From assembly GCA_049627345.1 (NCBI GenBank), contig JBMZXF010000001.1:12635-76634 (forward strand): a DNA stretch of 64,000 bases, written 5' to 3'. The stretch is from Poseidonia sp. GTDB lineage: Archaea; Thermoplasmatota; Poseidoniia; Poseidoniales; Poseidoniaceae. Position numbers and translations under genes: made by a program. Of the stretch, positions 1 through 7,689 are shown piece by piece (position 1 is the first letter of the stretch; each line of letters starts with the position of its first letter). The notes under the pieces are model-generated. The model was given only the letters and a program-made list of their open reading frames with translations. It was not told where the DNA came from and searched no databases.

Positions 1-105
1 CTCATGCTGATTTGTTTTGCACCCCCACTGCTCGTGTCGGTGGTGGTTTGGTGGATTGCTGCCGTTGAGTCCGTGGTGGAGTTGGTTCGACGAAAAATGC
101 GGTAA
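1..105 (+). CDS. partial CDS, C-terminus of a probable membrane protein
   Basis: Open frame from base 1 (LMLICFAPPLLVSVVVWWIAAVESVVELVRRKMR*) ending TAA at 103-105; hydrophobic helix plus basic tail. Confidence 0.5.
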   Translation, partial: LMLICFAPPLLVSVVVWWIAAVESVVELVRRKMR

Positions 106-111
106 AGTGGT

Positions 112-321
112 TTATCCGACGATGTCGGGTAATTGATGGCGATGGGTGTGGCCAAGGAAGACCGCACCGAGCATCATCGTCAACGCCCCGAAGCCAGCAA
201 TGCTGGCCGTGATGTAGGCTTCCTCGTAAAGAGCAAAGCCCAACTCAACGAAATGCAGGACACCGTGGCCGTACAAGGAAAATTCAATCAATCGCAGGAA
301 ACCATGCTTTAGACCACTCAT
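112..321 (-). CDS. small hypothetical membrane protein (2 TM)
   Basis: 69 aa, two hydrophobic segments, His-rich; fits between neighbours without overlap. Confidence 0.55.
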   Translation of the reverse strand: MSGLKHGFLRLIEFSLYGHGVLHFVELGFALYEEAYITASIAGFGALTMMLGAVFLGHTHRHQLPDIVG

Positions 322-364
322 GCGCCACAGTCATGTTCTGCCTTGGAAAAGCCTTCGTTTGCCT

Positions 365-619
365 TCACTTGGTCATGATGGGGAGTCCGTCGCCGTCCCG
401 GTAGTTGCCGGTGACGAGCATGATGAGATCGATGAGCCACCACAGCCCAAATCCGCCAAAGGTGATGAGTTTCAGAATTCCCAAACCGATGGAACCGGTG
501 TAAAATCGGTCAATGCCAAGGCCGCCGACCAGGATGCTGAGCACCAAGGTAACGATCCAGTCTTTGTCCGAGGCCATGGGTTGAGCGGACATGACGGTGC
601 CCATTGCTTGGGGTTGCAT
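365..619 (-). CDS. TM2 domain-containing protein
   Basis: KDWIVTLVLSILVGGLGIDRFYTG...GILKLITFGGFGLWWLIDLI is the TM2 signature. Confidence 0.9.
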   Translation of the reverse strand: MQPQAMGTVMSAQPMASDKDWIVTLVLSILVGGLGIDRFYTGSIGLGILKLITFGGFGLWWLIDLIMLVTGNYRDGDGLPIMTK

Positions 620-696
620 GGTGATGCATCCTTGATTTTGTAATTGAATCTAACTCAAATCGAGCGCTTCAGGAGTGAGTTTGGCTCTGAAGTACC

Positions 697-1680
697 TCAT
701 TCGAGTGCTGAAATGTCCACGCCTTCCGACTTCAGCGAGGAGATGACCTCGTGAATGACGTCCGTTGGCAAGGCTTCGGGGGGGTGAACACCCTCAGTGA
801 ACAGGTCTTGTCGAGTCCACGCCAAGACACAGGCAACCGTCACCAAACCGGTGGTCCTCGCCATGCTGGAGTCGCCGTCCTTGCCACGGTCTTCCACCGT
901 CCAGACACGACGTTGCCCGCCCGCCTTAACCGCGACTTCCATCCACGTAAATTCGGGGCGCTCGGCATCGTAGCGCCACGCCTCCACCAGTTCATCGGGG
1001 TTGAGATTCGTACGTTGGTAGCGTTGAATGTGGCCCGGCCATCGCACGGTGTACTCTCCCATGCTTGCGGCCGGGATGTTGATGAGCGAACGCAAGCCAT
1101 CGGTGAGGAACGCCTCCATGGCTCGACCGTTGGCGTTGATGGCGTGGAGGTCGTCCATGGCCGGCACCACGGCTACTGCCCCGTTTCGAACAATCCGAGC
1201 GGGGCGCGTGTATTCAGCGATGACGTCGTGAGGCGAAAAGGGGGCCATGTAGGACCATGCTTCGTCGGGCTCAGCCGGGTTTCCACCCACTTTGATGGTC
1301 ACTTCGTCCAAGTGGCCGAGTTCCCGATGAGCCAGGGCCACCAGCATGTTTGAGAGACCAGGTGCAATACCAACGTCCCATAGCACGACGCCGGAGCCAT
1401 CGAGAAGCGCATCCGGCGTGGTTTCGCTGAACGAGAGGTCCACAATTCGGTGTCCTTTCGCGAACAAAGTCTTCAACACCTCGTGGCCGATGGAGCCGGG
1501 GACCATATTGACCACGATGTCGGCATCACGGTGGTCGGCGGTTGCAGCATCACCGAGATGGAAGGTGGCCGGCGTGTGACGAGGCACGATGTCGTAGAGG
1601 TGAACCTCCAACCCCGCTTCGTGGAGCTTGCGAGTGACGAACGAACCGACCAAGCCCCCGCCCAAACAGTGAACCCTCAT
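697..1680 (-). CDS. saccharopine dehydrogenase / lysine 6-dehydrogenase family oxidoreductase
   Basis: N-terminal GGGLVG Rossmann motif, DVGIAPGLSN, EAFLTDGLRSL, TVRWPGH, SSMARTTG; start set at MRVHCLG. Confidence 0.85.
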   Translation of the reverse strand: MRVHCLGGGLVGSFVTRKLHEAGLEVHLYDIVPRHTPATFHLGDAATADHRDADIVVNMVPGSIGHEVLKTLFAKGHRIVDLSFSETTPDALLDGSGVVLWDVGIAPGLSNMLVALAHRELGHLDEVTIKVGGNPAEPDEAWSYMAPFSPHDVIAEYTRPARIVRNGAVAVVPAMDDLHAINANGRAMEAFLTDGLRSLINIPAASMGEYTVRWPGHIQRYQRTNLNPDELVEAWRYDAERPEFTWMEVAVKAGGQRRVWTVEDRGKDGDSSMARTTGLVTVACVLAWTRQDLFTEGVHPPEALPTDVIHEVISSLKSEGVDISALE

Positions 1681-1782
1681 GGTGGTGCTCCTGCCCATCG
1701 TGCCTCAAAGGTTCCTGCGCCCCTCGTTGCTTCATGGACGATGGGGGGAAGTGGTTATGTGCTGCGAGGTTGAGCGGAAGCC

Positions 1783-2127
1783 ATGAGCATCCTTGCAACG
1801 TACGAAGCAGCCTTCGAATCCGGAGACAAAGAAGAATTGGACGCCGTCATCCACGATGATTGCAAATTTTACCCCCACGTGGGCGGGGCCGTGATGACCA
1901 AAGGCGACATCATGGCCTTCGCAGGCACCGGTGCCGTTCGCACCGAATCCCACCGCATTTTGTTTGAGAACGACGAGGTCGGTGTTGGTCACTCCATTGC
2001 CCACTTCGCCAACGGCTCCACCTCGGAGGCCGTGTTGGCGTTTTACCGGTTCCAAGACGGGAAGATCATCCACGTCGAGACGGGCGCCACGCCACTGAGC
2101 GACGACTACCAACTCATCGGTCAGTGA
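1783..2127 (+). CDS. NTF2/SnoaL-like fold protein
   Basis: 114 aa; YEAAFESGDKEELDAVIHDD...FYRFQDGKIIHVE typical of NTF2-like folds. Confidence 0.75.
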   Translation: MSILATYEAAFESGDKEELDAVIHDDCKFYPHVGGAVMTKGDIMAFAGTGAVRTESHRILFENDEVGVGHSIAHFANGSTSEAVLAFYRFQDGKIIHVETGATPLSDDYQLIGQ

Positions 2128-2143
2128 GCGGACGCCGTCCGCT
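2127..2143. terminator. GC-rich hairpin between convergent genes
   Basis: AGCGGAC-gcc-GTCCGCT perfect 7-bp inverted repeat beginning at the stop of 1783..2127. Confidence 0.3.
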
Positions 2144-2210
2144 TGAGGTTCCGCGTTGACGTGGCCTTCCATCGGGTTCCTTTTGGCGGATGACCGAGCA
2201 AAGTACTGCT

Positions 2211-2888
2211 CTATAGAAGTGGGCCAACTTGGACCCCCAACAACAAGACGGCCGTGGCACACACCGTGATGAGGATGTTGTCGTCGATGGGTCCGTACTC
2301 GTAGCGCTCAACGAAGGTGGCCACCGTAGCGGCGATGAGGCCCCAAACGGGAAGGCTCGGGTCACCTGCACCGGCTGCAAACCAACCGAGCGGTGCACTG
2401 ACGAGGAACATGAACACGTTGCCGATGGGACTCTTGGAACGCTTGCGAACCACAGCGTTTCGGACCACGCCGGTCACGCCGTCGCCAAAGGCCATGAACA
2501 GGGAGGGCACAATGGCCAACCAAGGATCGCCGACCAACCACCAGATCACAGAGATGGACATCCACCACATCAGACCGAACTTGACGTCGTTTTGGTTTTG
2601 CTCGGTTTGGAACCAATGCATGACGATGCCGGCACGGTGCGAGGCAAACAGGAGGGCGGTGAGCAGCATCCCCGAAATCATCGGGTACCACACGTCGGTG
2701 AACAGGAAAGGGACGCTGAGAGAGCCCACACCTCCGGCGAACATGTGGACGATTTTTCGATTGTAATACACGGCTCGGATGTGTTCCATGCCACGGTTCA
2801 CCATCATGGTGTAGGGAATCTTTGTGGCGTACAACACCGCCATCACGTAAACGCCCATGCCGATGGCGGCAGCGAGTTGATTCACCAT
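2211..2888 (-). CDS. dolichol/phytol kinase-like CTP-dependent polyprenol kinase (SEC59 family)
   Basis: RKIVH, MAFGDGVTGVV, KSPIG, ERY...IDDNILI motifs; multi-TM; start set at MVNQ. Confidence 0.8.
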   Translation of the reverse strand: MVNQLAAAIGMGVYVMAVLYATKIPYTMMVNRGMEHIRAVYYNRKIVHMFAGGVGSLSVPFLFTDVWYPMISGMLLTALLFASHRAGIVMHWFQTEQNQNDVKFGLMWWMSISVIWWLVGDPWLAIVPSLFMAFGDGVTGVVRNAVVRKRSKSPIGNVFMFLVSAPLGWFAAGAGDPSLPVWGLIAATVATFVERYEYGPIDDNILITVCATAVLLLGVQVGPLL

Positions 2889-2990
2889 GCCGGGGCTTCC
2901 TGCCCGTGCTTCTCTATCTTTTGGCTCCACTTGGGGCTCATGGGCGAATCTTCAAACACCCCCGCTCGCTCCCAATCATCAGTGAGTTAC

Positions 2991-3920
2991 ATGTCTGAAG
3001 TGCGAAACGTCATCATCATCGGTTCAGGACCTGCAGGCTACACCGCTGGACTCTACGCGGGGCGCGCCATGCTCAACCCGCTCATGTTCGCCGGCTACAT
3101 GTCGGGCGGGCAGCTCATGCTCACCAGCGACATCGAGAATTTCCCAGGCTATCCCGAAGGTATCGGAGGGCCCGAGATGATGATGCAGCTCCGAGAGCAA
3201 GCCGAGCGGTTCGGTCTTGAAGTCGAAGACCGAAACGTCGACGAGGTTGACCTCAGCGAACGCCCGTTCAAGGTCACGGTTGAAGGCGAAACCTTCCTCA
3301 CGCACTCCATCATTGTCTGCACCGGCGCAGAATCCCTTTGGCTCGACGCGCCTGGAGAAGCCGAACAGAAGGGTCGAGGCATCTCGACCTGCGCCACCTG
3401 CGACGGGGCGTTCTTCCGCAACGAGCACGTGCTGGTCATCGGTGGCGGCGACTCGGCGTGCGAAGAGGCCACCTTCCTGACCCGATTCGCCAGCAAGGTG
3501 ACCCTCATCCACCGCCGTGACGTGTTCAAAGCGTCCACCATCATGTACGAGCGAGCGGCCAACAATCCCAAAATTGAGATCAAAACCTTCCGCCAAATCA
3601 AGGAATGGCTCTCCGACGACAAGGGCCTGTCCGGGGCCGTCCTGGAAAACACGCAGGATGGCAGCACCGAGACCATCGAAGCCACGGGTGCCTTCATCGC
3701 CATTGGCCACACCCCCATCACGAATTTCTTGGGCGGCCAAGTCGAAACCGATGAAAACGGCTACATCGTTCACAAGGAGCACACCATGACGTCGGTTCCC
3801 GGCGTGTTCGCAGCCGGCGACGTCGTCGACACCCGCTACAAGCAAGCCATCACGGCTGCCGGCATGGGTTGCTCGGCCGCCATCGACGTTGAGAAGTGGC
3901 TGGAAGAGAACGTCCATTGA
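2991..3920 (+). CDS. trxB: thioredoxin-disulfide reductase
   Basis: IIGSGPAG, GGQL, CATCDG active site, GGGDSA, GVFAAGDV; start MSEVRNV at 2991. Confidence 0.97.
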   Translation: MSEVRNVIIIGSGPAGYTAGLYAGRAMLNPLMFAGYMSGGQLMLTSDIENFPGYPEGIGGPEMMMQLREQAERFGLEVEDRNVDEVDLSERPFKVTVEGETFLTHSIIVCTGAESLWLDAPGEAEQKGRGISTCATCDGAFFRNEHVLVIGGGDSACEEATFLTRFASKVTLIHRRDVFKASTIMYERAANNPKIEIKTFRQIKEWLSDDKGLSGAVLENTQDGSTETIEATGAFIAIGHTPITNFLGGQVETDENGYIVHKEHTMTSVPGVFAAGDVVDTRYKQAITAAGMGCSAAIDVEKWLEENVH

Positions 3921-3959
3921 CGCCGCTTCCTTGATGTGGGGCAGGGATGTCGCCCTGTC

Positions 3960-5129
3960 ATGGTTGATGTTGCTCGCCATGCTCGGCACCTCAGCCTCCC
4001 CGATGTGGGCGTGGAGGGCCAACGACGCCTCAGCCAGTCCAGCGTCCTCATCATCGGTGCCGGTGGCTTGGGTTCTCCTGCCGCTCTTTACTTGGCTGCG
4101 GCTGGTGTCGGGCGAATCGGTCTCATTGACAACGACGCCGTGGAATTGAGTAATCTCCAGCGCCAAGTCATTCACGCCACATCAGACGTTGGCACGCCAA
4201 AAGTGCACTCTGCCAAAGCGACCCTCAATGCAATTGACCCGAACGTGAAGGTCGAGGTGTATCACGAGCGGCTCAACCCCACCAACATCCTCGAGCGCTT
4301 CGAGGGATGGGACGTGATTGTCGACGGCACCGACAACCTCCCGACCCGGTACCTGGTCGATGACGCCTGCTCACTCCTCGGGCTGCCGTGGGTGTACGGT
4401 TCTGTGTTCAGGTTCGAAGGTCAGGTGTCGCTGTTCAATTTCCAGAGCGGACCGTGCTACCGTGACCTGTTTCCCGAACCGCCGCCAGCATCGGCCGTCC
4501 CATCGTGTGCCGAGGCCGGCGTGTTGGGTGTTCTTCCCGGATTGATCGGCGTGCTCCAAGCCACAGAGGCGCTCAAGGTGCTGCTGGGCATGCCGCCATC
4601 GCTCTCGGGAACGTTGCTTCTTTACGATGCGAAAACCATGGATTTTGACAAGCTTTCGTTTGAATCAGACCCTACCCGTACGCCGGTTTCCGATCTCTCC
4701 GGAGCAGCGGCGATGTTCTCCGAAGAGGAGTGGTGTCTGGTCCCGTCGGAAGGGAAGTCGGCGCCGGAAGAACAAAAATCCGTGGAGAATGGCAAAGGTG
4801 GTATGTTTCACCACATCTCAATGACCGAATTTCTCAAACGCCGGGGCGAAGGATGGGCCCCGTTCATCCTTGACGTCCGTTCGGTCGCCGAACACGCCGA
4901 GGTCAGCGTGAGCAGTTGCAACCTTCAGACGCCCCACACCGAGATGGCGAGTGCGATCCCGTCCCTGCCTGGTGAAGGGGACATCGTCATCCACTGCAAG
5001 AGCGGTATGCGCTCTCAACTGGCCGCGATGGAACTCATCAACCTCGGTGTCGATGCCAACCGCCTGTACAACCTCGACGGCGGTATCTTGGGGTGGATGG
5101 CGGCGGCTCCAGACGAGATCGTTCGTTGA
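3960..5129 (+). CDS. moeB: MoeB/ThiF (E1-like) adenylyltransferase with C-terminal rhodanese domain
   Basis: GAGGLGSP, SNLQRQ, DGTDN, SCAEAGVLG; rhodanese HCKSGMRS...NLDGGILGW. Confidence 0.9.
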   Translation: MVDVARHARHLSLPDVGVEGQRRLSQSSVLIIGAGGLGSPAALYLAAAGVGRIGLIDNDAVELSNLQRQVIHATSDVGTPKVHSAKATLNAIDPNVKVEVYHERLNPTNILERFEGWDVIVDGTDNLPTRYLVDDACSLLGLPWVYGSVFRFEGQVSLFNFQSGPCYRDLFPEPPPASAVPSCAEAGVLGVLPGLIGVLQATEALKVLLGMPPSLSGTLLLYDAKTMDFDKLSFESDPTRTPVSDLSGAAAMFSEEEWCLVPSEGKSAPEEQKSVENGKGGMFHHISMTEFLKRRGEGWAPFILDVRSVAEHAEVSVSSCNLQTPHTEMASAIPSLPGEGDIVIHCKSGMRSQLAAMELINLGVDANRLYNLDGGILGWMAAAPDEIVR

Positions 5130-5225
5130 GTGAGGCGGAATTGACCTCGTCCAAACACCGGTCTCATCCACTGCTTTCAGGGTGAGGTTCAAAGCCGCTG
5201 TGGCCTTGCTTGGGACACGGAGGGG

Positions 5226-6353
5226 ATGAACGTGGCCAGCATCATCATCGCCGACGAAAACGAAGGTCGCCGAAACCTGTTGGCGAACACGTTTGAGCGA
5301 GAGGGCTACGATGTCACACGGCTCAGCACGCTCGCTCAAACCGAAGCCACGGCGAGTGCCGTCCTCCCTGACGTGCTGTTGTTGGAGGGGGAATGGTCTC
5401 AAGGCAGTGCGCTCGATGTCTGTCAGAACCTTTCGAGTCAGCCGCGGTTTCGCAGCGGAACCCGAACCGTCCTGCTCTCACGAACCACGGCACCGGACTT
5501 TCTCTCATCCGCCGCCATGGCAGGTGTGGCGGAGGTTATCGGAAAGCCGGTGGACATGAATCAACTCATCAGCCAAATTGGGCGCCATGCCGCCAAGCAA
5601 TTCGTTCCCCCGCCGGCGGATGTGTCGGCGCCCCAAGGCGGAGGTTTTGGAGGTGGTCAACGCTTTGATGTGTCCATGACCATGAACGATAGCCAGTGGG
5701 CGCTGCCCATGTTGCGACGGTTGGTGGAGGCTGGCAACATTGACGATGACTTCGTTCGCTCCATTCGTGAAGAAATGGGCGGCGAGGAAGACCAAGAGGA
5801 TGCGCTTTCAGCTGATGCCATGACCACCATGGTTCGATTGGCGCTGAACCGGTTGGTGGGGGCCGAAGGGGCGACCGCCGAGGCTGCGCCCGCTTCTCCG
5901 TCGGTTGGAGCCCCAAAGCAAGCTGCCACTGAAGAGGAAGCGACATCGCCAACCACCACCTCCGTTCCTTCCTTCAAGTCCATCAACAAAGGGGCAACGT
6001 TGGGTGAGGGGGCGGCACCAAGCATCGGTTCAACCGGGGTTGGCTCCTCCATGGAGGACATCCTTGAGAAGCAAGCCGAGGACATTGCGAGAACCGTTGA
6101 GGCGGAGATGGACGCCATTCTCGACGAAGAACCCGAGTACGTCGCCCTTCTCGACCAACACGAGCAAGTGGGCATTGACCCAGAGACCTTGTCATTGACT
6201 CGACTCACGGCTGAAGTCCTCACGGAATTGATGCAGGCCCTGAAACGACCGGGTGTTCTTTCGGATTTGACCCTCCTCACGCAGGTGGAAGACGCCAGTG
6301 TCCTGGCCGCTGACATGCTGGACGCCCTCCCGAAGGTGGAGGAAGAGGAGTGA
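5226..6353 (+). CDS. receiver (CheY-like) domain protein with Asp->Glu phosphoacceptor and acidic C-terminal region
   Basis: IIIADE...PDVLLLE...VLLS...IGKP receiver pattern. Confidence 0.75.
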   Translation: MNVASIIIADENEGRRNLLANTFEREGYDVTRLSTLAQTEATASAVLPDVLLLEGEWSQGSALDVCQNLSSQPRFRSGTRTVLLSRTTAPDFLSSAAMAGVAEVIGKPVDMNQLISQIGRHAAKQFVPPPADVSAPQGGGFGGGQRFDVSMTMNDSQWALPMLRRLVEAGNIDDDFVRSIREEMGGEEDQEDALSADAMTTMVRLALNRLVGAEGATAEAAPASPSVGAPKQAATEEEATSPTTTSVPSFKSINKGATLGEGAAPSIGSTGVGSSMEDILEKQAEDIARTVEAEMDAILDEEPEYVALLDQHEQVGIDPETLSLTRLTAEVLTELMQALKRPGVLSDLTLLTQVEDASVLAADMLDALPKVEEEE

Positions 6354-7627
6354 ACGTCCCCCACAGCGAACGGCAACTTCGACGAGCCTTTGCGGCGTTG
6401 CTCGCTGCCTTTTTTGTCAACTTTCTCGGCTATGCGTTCATCGTTCCCATCTTGCCCTCATGGCAATCGCAGTTCGGTCTTAACGCCACGCAAGCCACGA
6501 TGTTGGTCTCACTTTGGGCGGTGCCGCTGCTGCTTCTCGGCCCGTTCACGGGTCGCATCACCGACCGGTTCGGGGCTGGCCCCACCATGCTGGTGAGCCT
6601 CGTGTTGCTGACCCTTTCAAGCGGTCTTTACCTCGTGGCGACCAGTGAACTGGTCGGTCGTCCGTTTTTGCTGCTGGCGGGTGCACGCATGCTTCACGGT
6701 GCTTCGGGCGCCACCATCATGACGGCTGGCCTGGCCGCAGCCTCGATCCTGTGGCCAACACGCTTTGGCGAACAATCCGGCAAGTTACTCGGCATGGCGG
6801 CCATCGGTGGATTGTTGGGCCCGGTGCTCGGAGGGTTGCTGTTCAGCTGGGGCGAAGCCTCAGCCTTTGGCGTACTCGCCATCATCACGCTGGTGGTTTG
6901 CCCGCTTATGGCCATGTCAACATCGGTCATTGGCGGTGCGAACGAACACACCAGTTCCACCGTTTCCATTCGTGTCTTTTTGACCGACCAAATTCTCTTC
7001 CGCGTCGGCGTGTTGTTGGCCATCACCACTCTGGCCACCGGAGCCTTGGAGGCCGGCGTCCCACTCTTCCTTGACGATGCATTGGGCTTGAGCGCTGCTC
7101 AAATTGGGGGTGTCCTGCTGGTCATGGTGTTGATGCAAGGGCTGGGGTCGGTCATTTGGGGCCGTTGGGTTGACCGGAGGGGTCCGACCCGCTACATGCT
7201 CATCGGATGGTCCTGTGTCACGCTTGCGCTCTTGGGTGTTGGCCTCGTTGGGCTGGTGCTGACGGGCACGATGGCCGTCTTGGCGATGATCGTCATGCTT
7301 GGCACCTTCCAGTTTTTCATCGCTGCCGCTCAAATCCCCATGTTGCCGATGATCGACACCGCCACCAACCGAGCGCTCGGTGAGGGCAATCCCGGTTTGG
7401 CCTTCGGCGTGTTTGGTGCAGCATGGGCGGCTGGCACCATCCTCGGCCCGCTGGTCGTCGGCCCGATGTTCGACGTGTTTGGGTCGTGGGCCATCGCCTT
7501 GGGCTGCCTGTGTTTGCCGGCCTTCGGTGCCTTGATGCTGACCTATGGAAATCAAGACATCCTGCATGATTGCTATCAAACCGAAATCGACAAGCGCCAG
7601 CAAACCACGGAAGAACAGCAGGCTTGA
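6350..7627 (+). CDS. MFS transporter
   Basis: About 12 TM; motif A GRITDRFG and GRWVDRRG; 4-bp overlap with the upstream gene. Confidence 0.9.
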   Translation: MNVPHSERQLRRAFAALLAAFFVNFLGYAFIVPILPSWQSQFGLNATQATMLVSLWAVPLLLLGPFTGRITDRFGAGPTMLVSLVLLTLSSGLYLVATSELVGRPFLLLAGARMLHGASGATIMTAGLAAASILWPTRFGEQSGKLLGMAAIGGLLGPVLGGLLFSWGEASAFGVLAIITLVVCPLMAMSTSVIGGANEHTSSTVSIRVFLTDQILFRVGVLLAITTLATGALEAGVPLFLDDALGLSAAQIGGVLLVMVLMQGLGSVIWGRWVDRRGPTRYMLIGWSCVTLALLGVGLVGLVLTGTMAVLAMIVMLGTFQFFIAAAQIPMLPMIDTATNRALGEGNPGLAFGVFGAAWAAGTILGPLVVGPMFDVFGSWAIALGCLCLPAFGALMLTYGNQDILHDCYQTEIDKRQQTTEEQQA

Positions 7628-7689
7628 GGTCAATTTATCCAAGAAGAGGATTGAAACCAACCATCGCTTGGGAGGCCCGGGGACCGACC

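Noticed and set aside
2229-2990. Apparent N-terminal extensions or fusions in the ORF track (trxB 563 aa; likewise S8 900 aa, atpK 183 aa, 13340-14719, 48545-51775)
   Set aside because: The extensions overlap real neighbouring genes; better starts exist downstream.
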